Shown: positions 1 through 13,372, counted from the first letter of the whole stretch. The stretch is DNA of 63,754 nucleotides, filler included, from Octopus bimaculoides (GCF_001194135.2; 6 parts of 6 records of this genome joined end to end with filler, not necessarily neighbours in it); one strand, 5' to 3'. The notes: generated by a model from the letters alone, not told the origin. Program-made: numbers and translations.

Positions 1-329
1 ACACAAAAACAAGTAAAACATGTAGATATACCTACATGCGAATATATATATATATACATACATGCATATATAAGTATACATACACATACATACACATAAT
101 ACACACACACAAATATATACATATGTACATATATATATATGCACATACATACACGTACACACATATACATACATATATATATACACACATACATATAAAA
201 CAGGAGCACAAGTGCATAAACATACCCACGCAAGTGCACATACAAACATACATGCACACACAGAGAATACATACATACACATAACCTAAGAGTGTAATAA
301 GAACTAATAAGAAAATGAAAAAGAGGTAA

Positions 330-1160
330 AAAATAAGATTATTTAAGGTTAATGAAAGGAAATTTGGACATGTTTACAAGAGGAAACTCGTCTCTCGAAT
401 TTAAGATAGAACCATTCATTTTTATAATTATGTAAGATTCTTCAAGGCATAAAAGGCACATTCTATTTCTAATCCTATTAGAGGGGGCAGAAGAAACAAT
501 ATTCCAAGAAATTGAGAAATTTATGTTGTCTCTTTTAAGTTGCCATACCTTTTTGGATAAACTAGTGCTACTTTCTTTCCGAGGATCATTAAAAGATGAT
601 TTATGATTATTCAAACGTAATTTAAGAGGGGTCTGCATGCAACCTATATAATGAAACCTAGAGATATCGTGTTGTAATAGTAGCTTTATATACATTTTTC
701 ATTTTATAATTACCTGTAACCTCACAGGTGTTAGAGTTTCTACAGTTACAATTGTTACTAATAGGTGTACTATTGTTATGTGTATGTGTGTTGATAGAGG
801 AAGAGTTTGTGTGAGTATGAGAATCCTTGGTAGAAGATACAGAGCTATTTGAATAACTGGGGTTAGTGTTAGTAGTAGAGGAGGTTAAATTCTTCTAGTA
901 AAGATTTAGATTTTTATTGTTAAAGGAAGAAATGATCCTGAATAAGTTAGGAGAAACAGAAAAGCCAAATCTGATCATTCTGTTATTGAATATCCCAGCA
1001 TAACTAGACTTACTAAAATTTGATTTAGAATTAATTACTAGCCTGTATGGTCTGGTTAAGTCAAAATGTTTTTTTGTATTCTTCCTTTCTACTTGGAAAG
1101 TTTAAATGTAGTTATAAAAATATGTCCTTCTGTTGAAATGAAATTTCAATAAATTTCTAT
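330..1160 (-). mobile_element. Penelope-like retroelement fragment (RT C-terminal region + Zn knuckle + GIY-YIG endonuclease), frameshifted
   Basis: ORF 339-695 has YIG..TPLKLRLNNHKSSF, LSKKVWQLK, CLLCLEE, LNSRDE. Upstream minus-strand frames read KHF..PY..IFN..FSVSPNL..II and CNCRNSNTCEVTG..KNV.YKATI, the layout of C-terminal GIY-YIG PLEs. Confidence 0.8.
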
Positions 1161-1167
1161 ATCTTTG

Positions 1168-1255
1168 TGCAGCTGAGGATTGCTCTGCATTTTACATTTG
1201 ATGTAATGATCACATTGCTTAAATAAATGGAGTCGCATGAAATGATCGTATTGCA
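1168..1255 (+). ncRNA. Degenerate minimal type I hammerhead ribozyme motif with long stem II
   Basis: tgcag-CTGAGGA-T-[long stem II]-GAAA-tgatcg-TA-ttgca. The homologous copy near 53.3 kb has GAAA-cgatcg-TA-ctgca, giving a perfect stem I and a palindromic stem III. Confidence 0.55.
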
Positions 1256-1489
1256 TTAACTTTGGATATCCTTGTTGCTTATTTTGATTTTAATTACCTT
1301 ATTTTGGAATTGTATGGATAATACCATACTTAATTCTGGTGCCTAAACTTAAGTACCATATTCACTTTGAACCTAAATTTTTTTAATATATGTGTGTGTG
1401 TGTGTTTATGAATTTGTGTTGCAAGATTCCTGAAGTGAAGTCATATGTTGAAACAGGTATTGCTGTATTTCAGGATGGTCATTTTATTT

Positions 1490-2960
1490 TTATTTTTGCC
1501 AAATAAACACATGCACTATGTATTCATTCTACACTTGTTTATTACTGTTCTTATTCTAACTCATGTCCATTGTCCAGAAATCTTTTGTTACACATCTGTG
1601 ATCTTTTCAGTGAGACTTTCCATCTTTTTGATCTGCTTATTCCATTCTGTTCTTCTATGATGTGTATCCTAATATGCACATGCATCTGTGTTTGTGTGTG
1701 TATCATTGTTCATAGTAGCCCTATGACCCTCCCCTCAGCCCCATCTCCTACCCCGTTGCCACTGCTGCTGCCATTTAACTCGACTCTATGTATTGTTCTT
1801 ATAAATTACTGTGTTTGTGTGTTCTCTCACACTGCCACCATCATGGTAGTTGTGGTTGTTGCTGTTGCCATTGTTGTCAGTCATATTGTTGATATTATTG
1901 TGGCTGTCTGTGAAGTTACTATATGTGTGTTTGTGGGTTGTATGGGTTCACTTCCTATGTTGTTTATATCTGTGCCCTTTATACAGTTTTTTAATGTCTC
2001 TAATTTTTTTATATTTATCATAGGTATGTGCATATATGTCTATTGTATGTGTATTATGCAGTTTATATCTGTTTTTTTTTTCTCCCTTCAGTCTTTAGTT
2101 ATCATGCTGTGTGGTGTGGTGGTGGGTGTTATTGTTCCATTCATATTTTCTGTTGAGGCTCAGTCTGTCTATTGCTATGTGTGTAGCCTCTGTGATCTGT
2201 CTCAGTGTCATGTGAGTTCTATGCAGTGTTAATACTTTGACCTCTATGCTATTGACTGAGTGAGCCTCTATGTTCTGCTTGAGCATGTTGATAGAGCACT
2301 GATGATCCTTTCTCTTCTTTGAGCTCTCACCAGTGTTCACCTATATGCTCTCCTATGCTGCATGCTGTCTCTCCAATGTAAGTAATTGTCATTCTTCTGC
2401 TCTGTCACTCGATACATCAAAAGCTATACACTATATTCCTATTCCTTACCTGTGGGTTTATCCTACATACAATGCAATTGTTCTCTGTACATGTGGACTT
2501 ATCAAAGGGATAGGTTCTACAGATCAGGGATTTTACAGAGGCACCAGGTCTTTCTACTACTTTAATCAATAGATTGGCCTTATCAAATGTTTTTCTAAAA
2601 AGTATGCTAGTTCGTCGCCAGAGGTAGCATCAATGAACATGACACGCTGGTATTTTGTGTTGTCATGCTATGAGCTGGCCTTATTTATCTTTTTCTCATC
2701 CTTTCTGTGCTATTCCAGGATTTACTCCTGTATAGCGGGCAGATCTCCTTTGCATCATTCTCTATGATGGCTTTGGACTCTAATCCTGTCCTTTGGTTGT
2801 AGCCAGAGAACAACCAAAGGGACAGGATTAGAGTGTACAAAGGAGCCAAGGCTAAGTATAAAGTCATCATAGAGAGTGATGCAAAGGGGATCTGCCCGCT
2901 ATACAGGAGTAAATCCTGGAACAGCACAGAAAGGACCAGAAAAAAGATAGATAATGCCAA
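1490..2960 (-). mobile_element. Penelope-like element (second family), decayed, with 5' fold-back inversion
   Basis: Reverse-complement homologue of 54269-55620. ORF 2095-2340 contains KVLTLH..RQITEA..I..LNRKYEW (GIY-YIG C-terminus). Inverted arms at ~2682-2800 and ~2812-2950. Confidence 0.8.
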
Positions 2961-3029
2961 CTCATGGTATGACAAAAAATACTTAGCCCTAGTTCCTTAG
3001 AAGTGTTACTATGAAAGGTTACTAAATAT

Positions 3030-3445
3030 GGAAAATGAATGGGAGGAAAATGAAGGAGTGTCTACCAAATATCAAACCAATTGAGGGACCAGCTGTCAGA
3101 GTGATAGCAGCATAATAGATAATTAAGGACAAGAAGACAGGGAAAGCCCCTAGGCCATCAGGAATCACTGCCGAGATGATTAAAATTTCCGATAGTGTAG
3201 GATACAGCTTAGTCACCGTATAGTTAATCAGGTTATTTAGGAAAGTATCATCCCCAATGACTGGTGTAGTAGTATTATATAGTTAGCTGCAACTAGGGAA
3301 AAGGTGATGCCTTAGATAGAAACAATTGCAAAGGTATCAAACTTTAAATTGCTAAACCAAGTCATGAAAGTTACTGAGAGGGTTGTAACTCAGTTGATGA
3401 GAAATAGAATTAAACTAGATGAGATGTAGTTTGGTTTTGTACCTG
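3030..3445 (+). mobile_element. RTE-clade LINE reverse transcriptase fragment, decayed
   Basis: Frameshifted translation GKAP.PSGITAEMIK, IPNDWCSSII, GKGDALDRNN.KGIKL, MKVTERV, DEM.FGFVP. Confidence 0.8.
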
Positions 3446-3944
3446 AATGGTTTTTAACGACTGGTTTTGACACTGAATGGTTTTCAACTACTGGTGACAA
3501 AGTTTTCTTTGCATTATTCATCTTAATGAGTATTGTGCAGAAACTGACACTCACTTCATATTGGAGCGGGGATCCCACAACTACAACATCTTTCCTTGCA
3601 GAGACAATACTGTGTGATTGGTTTTTGGTATTGCTGAAAATCCTTCATTTCAACTCTGGTGACAACAATGAGGACAGGCTTCACAAAATATGAAGGCTGG
3701 AGGCTATATCAGCCAAAACATTGTGTTTACAACAAACAAGATAAGGACAAATATCTGTCAAATGTAAATAATGTACATAATTCCTCATCTCTTAAATATA
3801 GAACTGCATAAACTTTGCCTTTCATCCTTTAATGATCAATAAAATACATGTCAGTTAAGTGCTGCGGTCAACATTATCAACTAGCCTCCTCCCTCAAAAT
3901 TTCAAGCCTTTTGCTTATAGCAGAAAAGATTATTATTATAATCA

Positions 3945-4150
3945 TTAAGGCAGTGAGCTGGTAGAATCATTAGCATACCAGACAAAATGCTTAGCAGCAT
4001 TTCAAATGTCACTTAGTCCGACTTTACCTTTCATCCTTTTGAGAACAATGAAATAAGTACTAGTTGAGCACTGAGTCAATGTAATCTACTACCCACTCCT
4101 TACAAAATTTCAGGCTTTGTACTTGTGTCTACAGTAGAAAGGATTATCAT
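3945..4150 (+). mobile_element. SINE family A (tRNA-like head, ATT tail)
   Basis: Begins taaggcagtgagctggtagaatc, shares the gactttgcctttcatcc core with copies at 43270-44185 and 45298-45505. A 3' half copy lies at ~3810-3935. Confidence 0.7.
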
Positions 4151-4154
4151 TATT

Positions 4155-4674
4155 GAGTGAGAGAGCAGCACATGCTGTCAAAGTGACACTGGGGTACAAA
4201 TATATGAAGCCAAATATAGCCATCATGACTACCTGTCTGATAAGGGTACACTAGGCACATACATCACAACCATATGCATGCAACATGGGGATCTCATATC
4301 AAGATAAACAGTGCATGACCTTGCAAGTGGAGCCTAGTTAGAATTTTCTTCAGGTTGAGTAGCTCATCCTGCTCAAAAGGTCCCTGAGTAAGGTTTGTTT
4401 AAGGATGATGTTTCCAAAGGTGAATTATTCAAATCACAAAGAATTCCTCTCAACACACGGCTATGATGCTCCCCCACTACTTCTACTCATAATCAGAGAT
4501 GCACATATCGTCAGCCACTAAGAGACATGCTCAACTGGTTAAGGTCAAGCAACTGACAAGCAAATCTGTGACATTGAACAGAATATTTGCTGTAGCCCAT
4601 CTTTTATACCAAGACAAAACAAATACAAAACAATTCTAATCAGTTAAGATCAAAAGTTTGGTATGCATCAGGGC
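4155..4674 (-). mobile_element. ~520-bp non-coding interspersed element X, copy 1, flanked by ATT/TAA repeats
   Basis: Co-linear direct repeat of 7462-7977 (both run gtgagagagcag ... catcagggc). No ORF. Strand is inferred from the TAA orientation of the neighbouring Dong elements. Confidence 0.65.
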
Positions 4675-4680
4675 ATTATG

Positions 4681-4733
<53 letters not shown>

Positions 4734-4734
<1 letters not shown>

Positions 4735-7412
4735 ATTGCCTTTGCACTGAATCATGAAATCCCATAGGATATTTGCATTTCTGTTTTCAACGATGCCTTC
4801 AGGTTTGTGGTCGTACCAATTTTTTGCTCTGTCAAGTCCATACTTGTTGCAGAGTGTCCAATGGACAAGCCTGGCTATATTGTCACAGCATCTCCTATAT
4901 TCCTTCTGGGCTAGTGACGTACATTGGAAGGTAATATGCTATACGGTCTCATCGTTTTGTCCACAGATTCTGCACTTATCACTTTCTGCTGTGTTGTCTA
5001 ATCTGTATCTTATGTAGTTTGTTCTCAGTGCTTGCTCTTGAGCAGCACAGAATAGAGCCTCCATTTCCGGTTTTAAATCACTTTTAGTCATCCACAACCA
5101 TCTTTTTTCTCTGTCTGTCTTATCTTCAACATCTCTATGAAATTGACCATGCATTCTTTTCTTTACCCACCTATTTTCAGTTTTATTTGTTTTCAATTTC
5201 CTGTATAGTGCTTTATCTTTGAAATCTTTCATCCTACACAAGCCTGACCTTCCTACTTCTAATAATAGCGGTTTTGTGGCATTTTTTACATACCATGCTA
5301 TGTTGTTTTCTTTTGCTCTAATGCAGTGTTCACATCCAATAAGTCCTTTTCCCCCTCTTTTTCTTGGTACATACAGTCTGTTTGTGTCACTTTTGGGGTG
5401 GAGTGACCCATATCTAGTTAGCAACTTCCTTGTTTCTGTCTAAGCTGTTTAGTTCATCTACTGTCCATGCGATTACCCCTGCTCCATATCTAAGGAGTGA
5501 AACCACCCTGGTGTTGATAGCTTTGATCTTATTCCATGCATTTAATTTTGACTTAAGGATCAGTCTCAGTCTGCACAAGTACTTCACCATAAATTTTTTT
5601 GTCATTTCTTTCCCCATCAATTTATCCATTTCCAAAATCCCCAAGTACTTATAACCCATCTCTTCTATCTGTTTCATAACCTCCCCCGACAGTATCATTA
5701 ACCTGTCCATACATTTGATTTTGCCTCTCTTCAAGACTAACACACCACACTTTCTCAGTCCAAACTCCATTCTGATATCAGCACTGAAGGTATACACCGT
5801 ATCAATGTGGGAACTGACTTGGACTTCATCTTTACCATAAGGTTTGAGGTCATCCATGAATAACAAATGGTTGGCTTTTTGCTGGCGGCTTTTAAATACA
5901 TACCCAGCTTTTGCTTTCCTCAGAATCAGTGTTAGTGATATCATTCACAGTACAAAGATCAGTGGGGACAGGCAGTCCCCTTAGAAGATGCCCCTCCTAA
6001 TTTCGACTCTCCCTAAACTTCTTCCATATGCTGTCAGGTCCATCATCCAATTCGCCATACTTTTTTCAAACAATCACTCAACATTTGATGCAATACCAAA
6101 TAGGTTCATACACTCCATAATCCAAGAATGTGGGATCATATCATGCGCCTTATGATAGTTGATCCATGACATAGCTAAGTTACTTTTCCTCCTCTTGCAG
6201 TCTCTAAGTACAGTTTTGTCTATCAGGAATTGATTCTTGGTACCTCTGCACTTACGTATGCAAATTAATACTGTAGTCATGCTCATGTGGCAGGACTCCA
6301 TTTTTTCCAGATGTTCGTACATTGACTCTGCGAGTATTCCAGTCAATAACTTCCACATAAGTGGCAAACTGGTATCAACTTTTCATCTGTACACCCTCCA
6401 TTTATTTCTTTATAGAATCTCTTCTGATCTACTCTGAATAACCTATTCTGGTGGTAACCCTTCATTCTTTGGTCATATCTTGCCATCTTTGCTTTCTATG
6501 CAACGAGGTGCTGTTTCAGTTCTCCACTACTACTTTCCTCCACTAATACTTTCCTCCACTACTACTTTCCTCCACTACTACTTTCAGGTCCTTTCTTTCA
6601 ATATTATACTCCATTTTCAGCGCCCTGTATTTTTGTTCGCTTTTAAGCTCCCCTTTCTCTTTTCGGTCTAACACAGAAATTTCCTTTGAGCGCATGTCTA
6701 ACCCTGCCTGGATTCTTCTTTTCCACCGTGGATCTTTTCTTTTGTCACTCCCATTATGTTTCTTTTTCTTAACATCAACACCCTCGTTTTCTGCTACAGC
6801 AATACTTGCTGCCTTGATCAAATTATTTGTTTCTGTGATGTTTGTTCTGATGTATTTCAGAATTTCATTGACATTTTTTGTTTCTTGATTCAATTTCCAT
6901 CGATCAAGCGTTTTAAGGTTGCAAATAATGTTGCTATCGTTCTCCTGTACTCTTACCTTTATTCTGTCGTGGATTGCCTTTTGTTCATCTGTCATGTCGC
7001 CATTAGTCTTATTGTCTTCTTTTAGATCATCTATATGTCTTTCATCAAGTAAACTACCACTGCTCTTTTCCTGTGCTATGGTATTACTCTTATTATTAGT
7101 AAGAACTCTATTTTCATTGTTATCTCTGCTGCTATTTTCCATGACCCGTCTTTTGAAAGCTTCAAGCTCTACTTTTGTGAACCAACAATTTTTTCTTATT
7201 GCTCTGGCTTGATCACATAGTCTCTGTTCCATGAGTTGAAACAATTCCTTTTCTCTCCAATGATCATACATACGTTGTCGGTAACCCCTAATTTGAGCAC
7301 CATTTTCATCTGCTAGGTTGCTCAGGTAGTAACACTCCATGACTACAGTATTAATTTGCTTGCTCCATCTACACTGTGTGGTGGTCCCTTTCTGGATATC
7401 GACAGGCTGGAG
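4734..7412 (-). mobile_element. Dong/R4-clade non-LTR retrotransposon (N-terminal domain, RT, CCHC), decayed and 3'-truncated
   Basis: VMECYY.S..GYRQRM..W..EQRLCDQARAI (Dong/R4 N-terminus); [40 protein letters not shown] (RT); CRICG..ETV. Bounded by (TAA)n on both sides. Confidence 0.9.
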
Positions 7413-7417
7413 CCGGA

Positions 7418-7461
<44 letters not shown>

Positions 7462-7462
<1 letters not shown>

Positions 7463-7977
7463 GTGAGAGAGCAGTGCATGCCATCAAAGTGACACTGTGG
7501 TAAAATATATGGAGCCCAGTATAACCATCATGACTACCCGTCTGAGCATGACAAGATGATCTCATATCAAGATAAACAGTACATGACCTTGCAGGTGGGG
7601 CCCAGTTAGAATTTTCTTCAGGTTGAATAGCCTATCCCGTTAAAAAGGTCCCTGAATAAGGGTTGTTTAAGGATGTTGAACAAAACACCCATTTTTCCAA
7701 AGGTGAATTATCCAAACCCCAAACAATTCCTCTCAACACATGGCTATGATGCTCCCCCACTACTTCTGCTTGGGATCAGAGATGCATGTATCATCAGCCA
7801 CTAAGGGACATGCTCAACTGATTAAGGTCAAACAACTGACAAGCAAATCTGTGGTATTGAGCAGAACATTTGGTGTAGCCCATCTTTTATACTAAGGCAA
7901 AGCAATGTACATGATAACACTTCCAATCAGTTAAGATCAGAAGCCATGAGAGCCACTGCCTGGTACTGCATCAGGGC
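7462..7977 (-). mobile_element. ~520-bp non-coding interspersed element X, copy 2
   Basis: Direct repeat of 4155-4674, flanked by (ATT)n at 7412-7461 and by the compound repeat at 7978-8162. Confidence 0.65.
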
Positions 7978-7983
7978 ATTATT

Positions 7984-8051
<68 letters not shown>

Positions 8052-8095
8052 CGTCGTCGTTGTTGTTGTTGTTGTTATTGCTATTGTTATTGTTA

Positions 8096-8160
<65 letters not shown>

Positions 8161-8162
8161 TT
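7978..8162. repeat. Compound (TTG)n/(TTA)n microsatellite; other (TTA)n tracts at 4678-4733, 7412-7461 and 9306-9366
   Basis: Directly visible. Confidence 0.95.
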
Positions 8163-9305
8163 ATGTTTGACTTTTGCTTTGCATTTGTACAAGTTGGATC
8201 CAAGTCTCANNNNNNNNNNNNNNNNNNNNNNNNNNNNNNNNNNNNNNNNNNNNNNNNNNNNNNNNNNNNNNNNNNNNNNNNNNNNNNNNNNNNNNNNNNN
8301 NNNNNNNNNNNNNNNNNNNNNNNNNNNNNNNNNNNNNNNNNNNNNNNNNNNNNNNNNNNNNNNNNNNNNNNNNNNNNNNNNNNNNNNNNNNNNNNNNNNN
8401 NNNNNNNNNNNNNNNNNNNNNNNNNNNNNNNNNNNNNNNNNNNNNNNNNNNNNNNNNNNNNNNNNNNNNNNNNNNNNNNNNNNNNNNNNNNNNNNNNNNN
8501 NNNNNNNNNNNNNNNNNNNNNNNNNNNNNNNNNNNNNNNNNNNNNNNNNNNNNNNNNNNNNNNNNNNNTATATTTGCTCAGTTTTTGGTAGGTCTTGACA
8601 GATATGTTTATATCGATTGGGACAGTCATATCAATGAGGAGGCATGATTTTTGTCTGAAGTCTTTCAGTATGATGTCTGGCCTATTTGCATCTATCTTTC
8701 TGTCAGTTTGAATGGTGAAGTTCCAGAGGAGTGCGATGTGATCATTTTCAAGTACTGGGGGTGGTTTGTGTTCCCACCAGTTTTTATCATGGGGCAAGTT
8801 CAGGTTTTTGCATATTACCCAGTGAATATATTGTGCAGCTTTATCATGCCTGTTGAGATACTCTGTAGGCGCAAGCAGACTGCACATGGAGACAACATGA
8901 TCGATGGTCTCATGTTGTTTTTGGCATATACAACATAATGGGGAGCTACCGTTCTTTAATGTTGGCCTGGTAGTTCTTTGTAGGTAGGCATTGGGCTGCT
9001 ATGATAAACCCCTCTGTTTCTGATTTCAAGCCAAAGGCCATTAGCCATTGATGGGTAAGGGCTTTGTCAACATCTGCATTATTCGCTCTCTTTAGGTATT
9101 TGCCATTGAGAGGTTTTCCATGTCATTTATCAGTCATAATATCTAAGGCAGCAATTTTAGCACAGGTTTTCAAGTGCTTAGCTTTTTCTGCAGGTGTTTC
9201 TAGTTCATCTAATTCTTGAATTTGTAATTGGAATTCACTTAGATATTCCTTTGCCTGTTTTCTTACTGAGTAAGATGCTTTCTTGCTTTCATGTTTTGAA
9301 ACAAG
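8161..9305 (-). mobile_element. Second Dong/R4 element, 5'-truncated (C-terminal restriction-like endonuclease), with internal N gap
   Basis: CSLLAP.EYLNRHDKAAQYIHW, LLWNFTIQTDRKIDANRPDII, LLIDMTVP, KLSKY. Flanked by (TAA)n at both ends. Confidence 0.85.
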
Positions 9306-9315
9306 TTTATTATTA

Positions 9316-9369
<54 letters not shown>

Positions 9370-9849
9370 GAGTTGTTATTAACCCCTTTAATTTTGACTA
9401 ATATTGTCACTGTTCTCTGCTATTAATATTGCTTTCATCAGAGTTGTTGTTACTACTATCATTATGGGTAGGATTGTGGGAGTTACATATTTCTGCCCAT
9501 AATAATAATAATACTAATAATAGTAACAATAACTGCAAGCAGACAGGCAGGTAGAGTGATACATAAACAGAGAGTAAGAAACTCTAGAGAGAGCTGACCA
9601 GAAGGTCTTCAGGGAAGTACCCTCTCCCCACTTTATGCAAATGTCTGCTCATAACTCCTTACACTTTAAGGGGACCTCATCTCAACCATTGCCTCCTGGA
9701 TATCTCTCAGCTGCCATATTCTGTGCTACTGTCTGTATTGCAACCCACCTGGATGGTCAAGATGCCCCAGAGCCAAGATATCTTGGGTGTTGTAACCACT
9801 TCTGTCTAAGGAGCCAAATGACTCTGGGTCAAGTTATGCTTTCTGAAAT

Positions 9850-10490
9850 TCACTCCTATTCTCCTGACCAGATACAATTGGAACTCTTTTCTGCTGCTTC
9901 TGTCTTGCTCTGGTTCTCTTACTCTCAGAAATTGAGAACTGTTTCGTGAGACCATAGGCAGATTTGTCTATAAGCTCTCTTGCATCCATCTCTGTGGCAA
10001 GGACTTTGGTTTAGAAGCCAGATTCTCTCAATTTGATGGCTAAGATGTTATATTTTCAGAGTTGTAGATGTAGGTAGGCTTCTGCCATTCTGCTTTCATA
10101 TGGCATAGTGAGTTCAGCCAGAATCACTTATTTTGATGAAAGTGAGGTAAGGTACAATGCCCAGTCTCATACCACTCTTGTTGGTGATGTCAGTGATTTT
10201 TCCATCCTAGAAGCTCTGCTGTGAATTCCAAGTCATCTGTTCCATCAAGACCCTGATACCATAATCCAGTTTCTTGCTCACTGCTGTACAGAACACTTGC
10301 AGAGCTTCTAATGGCATCAGCTTCCCTCTCTTATATAAGATCTCTTTTAAGCACTTAATTGTATTTCCATATGTACCTCTCTTGAGCTAGCACCACTCTA
10401 CATGAGCCCTGGACATGTTTGACTGTTTGCTTGCCTTCGCAGAGTGAGAATGTAAGGTTATCTAATTTCCCTCCACCTCACCAAGTTTGT
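9850..10490 (-). mobile_element. Highly decayed R2-superfamily (RLE-type, possibly HERO-like) non-LTR C-terminal fragment
   Basis: Frameshifted minus-strand translation resembles QTV.HV..S.RV.LAQ.RY.W ... SGMR.DIV ... VILAELTMPYESRM.EA ... EAAEKSS. Confidence 0.5.
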
Positions 10491-11085
10491 AGTTGAGGGC
10501 ACACAAATATACATATGCATATATAAACTTACATATACATGCACAGACATATATACACATGCATACAAACAGAAACAAACACAACACACCCATATATTTA
10601 ATTTAATGTTGCTTGATGCACCTCTAGTTAATAAATTCCACTTTGACTAAGCTTTATGCACATCAACAAAACATACTATTTGCTATTCTTATATATAAAA
10701 AAAAAACAGTGGTTCTTACATGGCTGTGGAGGACTGATTTAGTATTCATTGCTGATGAAATGTAACAATGCAAAAAACCATGTGTCTTAGATCCAATGAT
10801 GTCATTCATTGCTTTCACACATATTGTCTGTGAAGAAAATTTTCTCCCAAACTATTTCCACAGTGAAAGGTTTTCCCACATCCAAGTGTACATGATTGTA
10901 CATGCATGTCTTCATTCAGAAATGTTTTGTGTACCTCTAGTTAACTAATTCCAGGTTGACTAAGCCTTGCTCACATCAGTGAATGTATTATTTGCTGATC
11001 TTATTTGTGAGAACATTATTACAGTATTCATAGCTGATCATTCAATACTGCTTCATGTACCTGCTTCATACATTAACTCTAATTA

Positions 11086-11860
<775 letters not shown>

Positions 11861-11929
11861 TTAATTCGTGAGACATGACAGCAAAGAAGAGCACACATTC
11901 ACTCTCTGCATGCTTGATGAGTCTTCTCA

Positions 11930-12410
11930 AGCACAGCACATCGTCAAAGGTCTTGGTCACAAGTCATTATCTCCTTGAGGTTCAAAGTTTGAAGATCATG
12001 CTTCACCACCTCTTCCCATATCTTCCTGAGTCTACCTCTTCCACGGGTTCCCTCCACTGTTAGAGATCAGCACTTCTTTACACAGCTGTCCTCGTCCATA
12101 CACATCACATGACCATACCAGTGCAGTTGTCTCTCTTGCACACCACATCTGATTCCTCTTTTTTTCCAACTTTTCTCTCAAGATGCTTACATTCTGTCGT
12201 GTATGCACATCCAGCGAAGCATACTGGCATCATTTCTTTCAAGCCTATGCATGTCCTCGGCTGTCATAGCCCGTGTTTCACTGCCATGCAGCATAGCTAT
12301 TTACACACAGGCATCAAACAATCTGCCTTTCACTCTCAGAGAGAGGCCCTCTGGGGTAGGAGCTCTCTGAACTGTGCCCTTCCTAATCTTATTCTCACAG
12401 CTATGCTCTC
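11930..12410 (-). mobile_element. RTE-clade LINE 3' fragment
   Basis: Minus-strand translation QERQLHWYGHV..MDEDSCVKKC..LTVEGTRGRGRLRKIWEEVVKHDL. Confidence 0.7.
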
Positions 12411-12796
12411 AGTGCATAAACCTCCAGTACTAACTTGGTCACTACCTTTAGCTTGCAGTCTATTTTCTGCCCATTTTCAGCGTTTATTGTACTTGTGCAT
12501 CTTCCGCATATAAAGCTAGTTTCTCTGTTAAATTTCCGCTGATATTGCTGCATCTCATATGTGTCCAAAGCTTACAATGGGTGCATCTTATGGAATTTCT
12601 ACCTACACCTTTTCTACAGATTGAGCAAGCCATCTACCTGAAGGGATTTGTGATTTGTCTGCCTTCCTACTTACTAAGACTTTGGTTCTGCAAAATTAAC
12701 TCTAAGGCCCTTTGATTCTACTTTGCTTCCATACCTGAAACTTCTTCTCTAGTTCTGGTAGTGATTCAGCTATAAGAGTAAGGTCATCAGCATGCA

Positions 12797-12864
<68 letters not shown>

Positions 12865-13315
12865 CATATATATANNNNNNNNNNNNNNNNNNNNNNNNNN
12901 NNNNNNNNNNNNNNNNNNNNNNNNNNNNNNNNNNNNNNNNNNNNNNNNNNNNNNNNNNNNNNNNNNNNNNNNNNNNNNNNNNNNNNNNNNNNNNNNNNNN
13001 NNNNNNNNNNNNNNNNNNNNNNNNNNNNNNNNNNNNNNNNNNNNNNNNNNNNNNNNNNNNNNNNNNNNNNNNNNNNNNNNNNNNNNNNNNNNNNNNNNNN
13101 NNNNNNNNNNNNNNNNNNNNNNNNNNNNNNNNNNNNNNNNNNNNNNNNNNNNNNNNNNNNNNNNNNNNNNNNNNNNNNNNNNNNNNNNNNNNNNNNNNNN
13201 NNNNNNNNNNNNNNNNNNNNNNNNNNNNNNNNNNNNNNNNNNNNNNNNNNNNNNNNNNNNNNNNNNNNNNNNNNNNNNNNNNNNNNNNNNNNNNNNNNNN
13301 NNNNNNNNNNNNNNN

Positions 13316-13368
<53 letters not shown>

Positions 13369-13372
<4 letters not shown>

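Noticed and set aside
32-284. Long ORFs rich in YI/HT/CV/VC, and similar ones at 12.8, 15.5, 29.7, 40-41, 49.3-50.1, 55.6-56, 57.5 and 60.6-61.3 kb
   Set aside because: They are translations of (TA)n/(CA)n/(TATG)n microsatellites or run through N gaps; no protein signal.
3688-3730. HHR-like atgaa-ggctg...cagcc-aaaac
   Set aside because: Both core boxes are mutated and stem I is absent; possibly a relic but unsupported from this copy alone.
4155-7977. X1 and X2 as LTRs flanking a retroelement
   Set aside because: The enclosed element is a non-LTR Dong/R4; the repeats lack TG..CA ends, PBS and PPT and are separated from it by TAA tracts.
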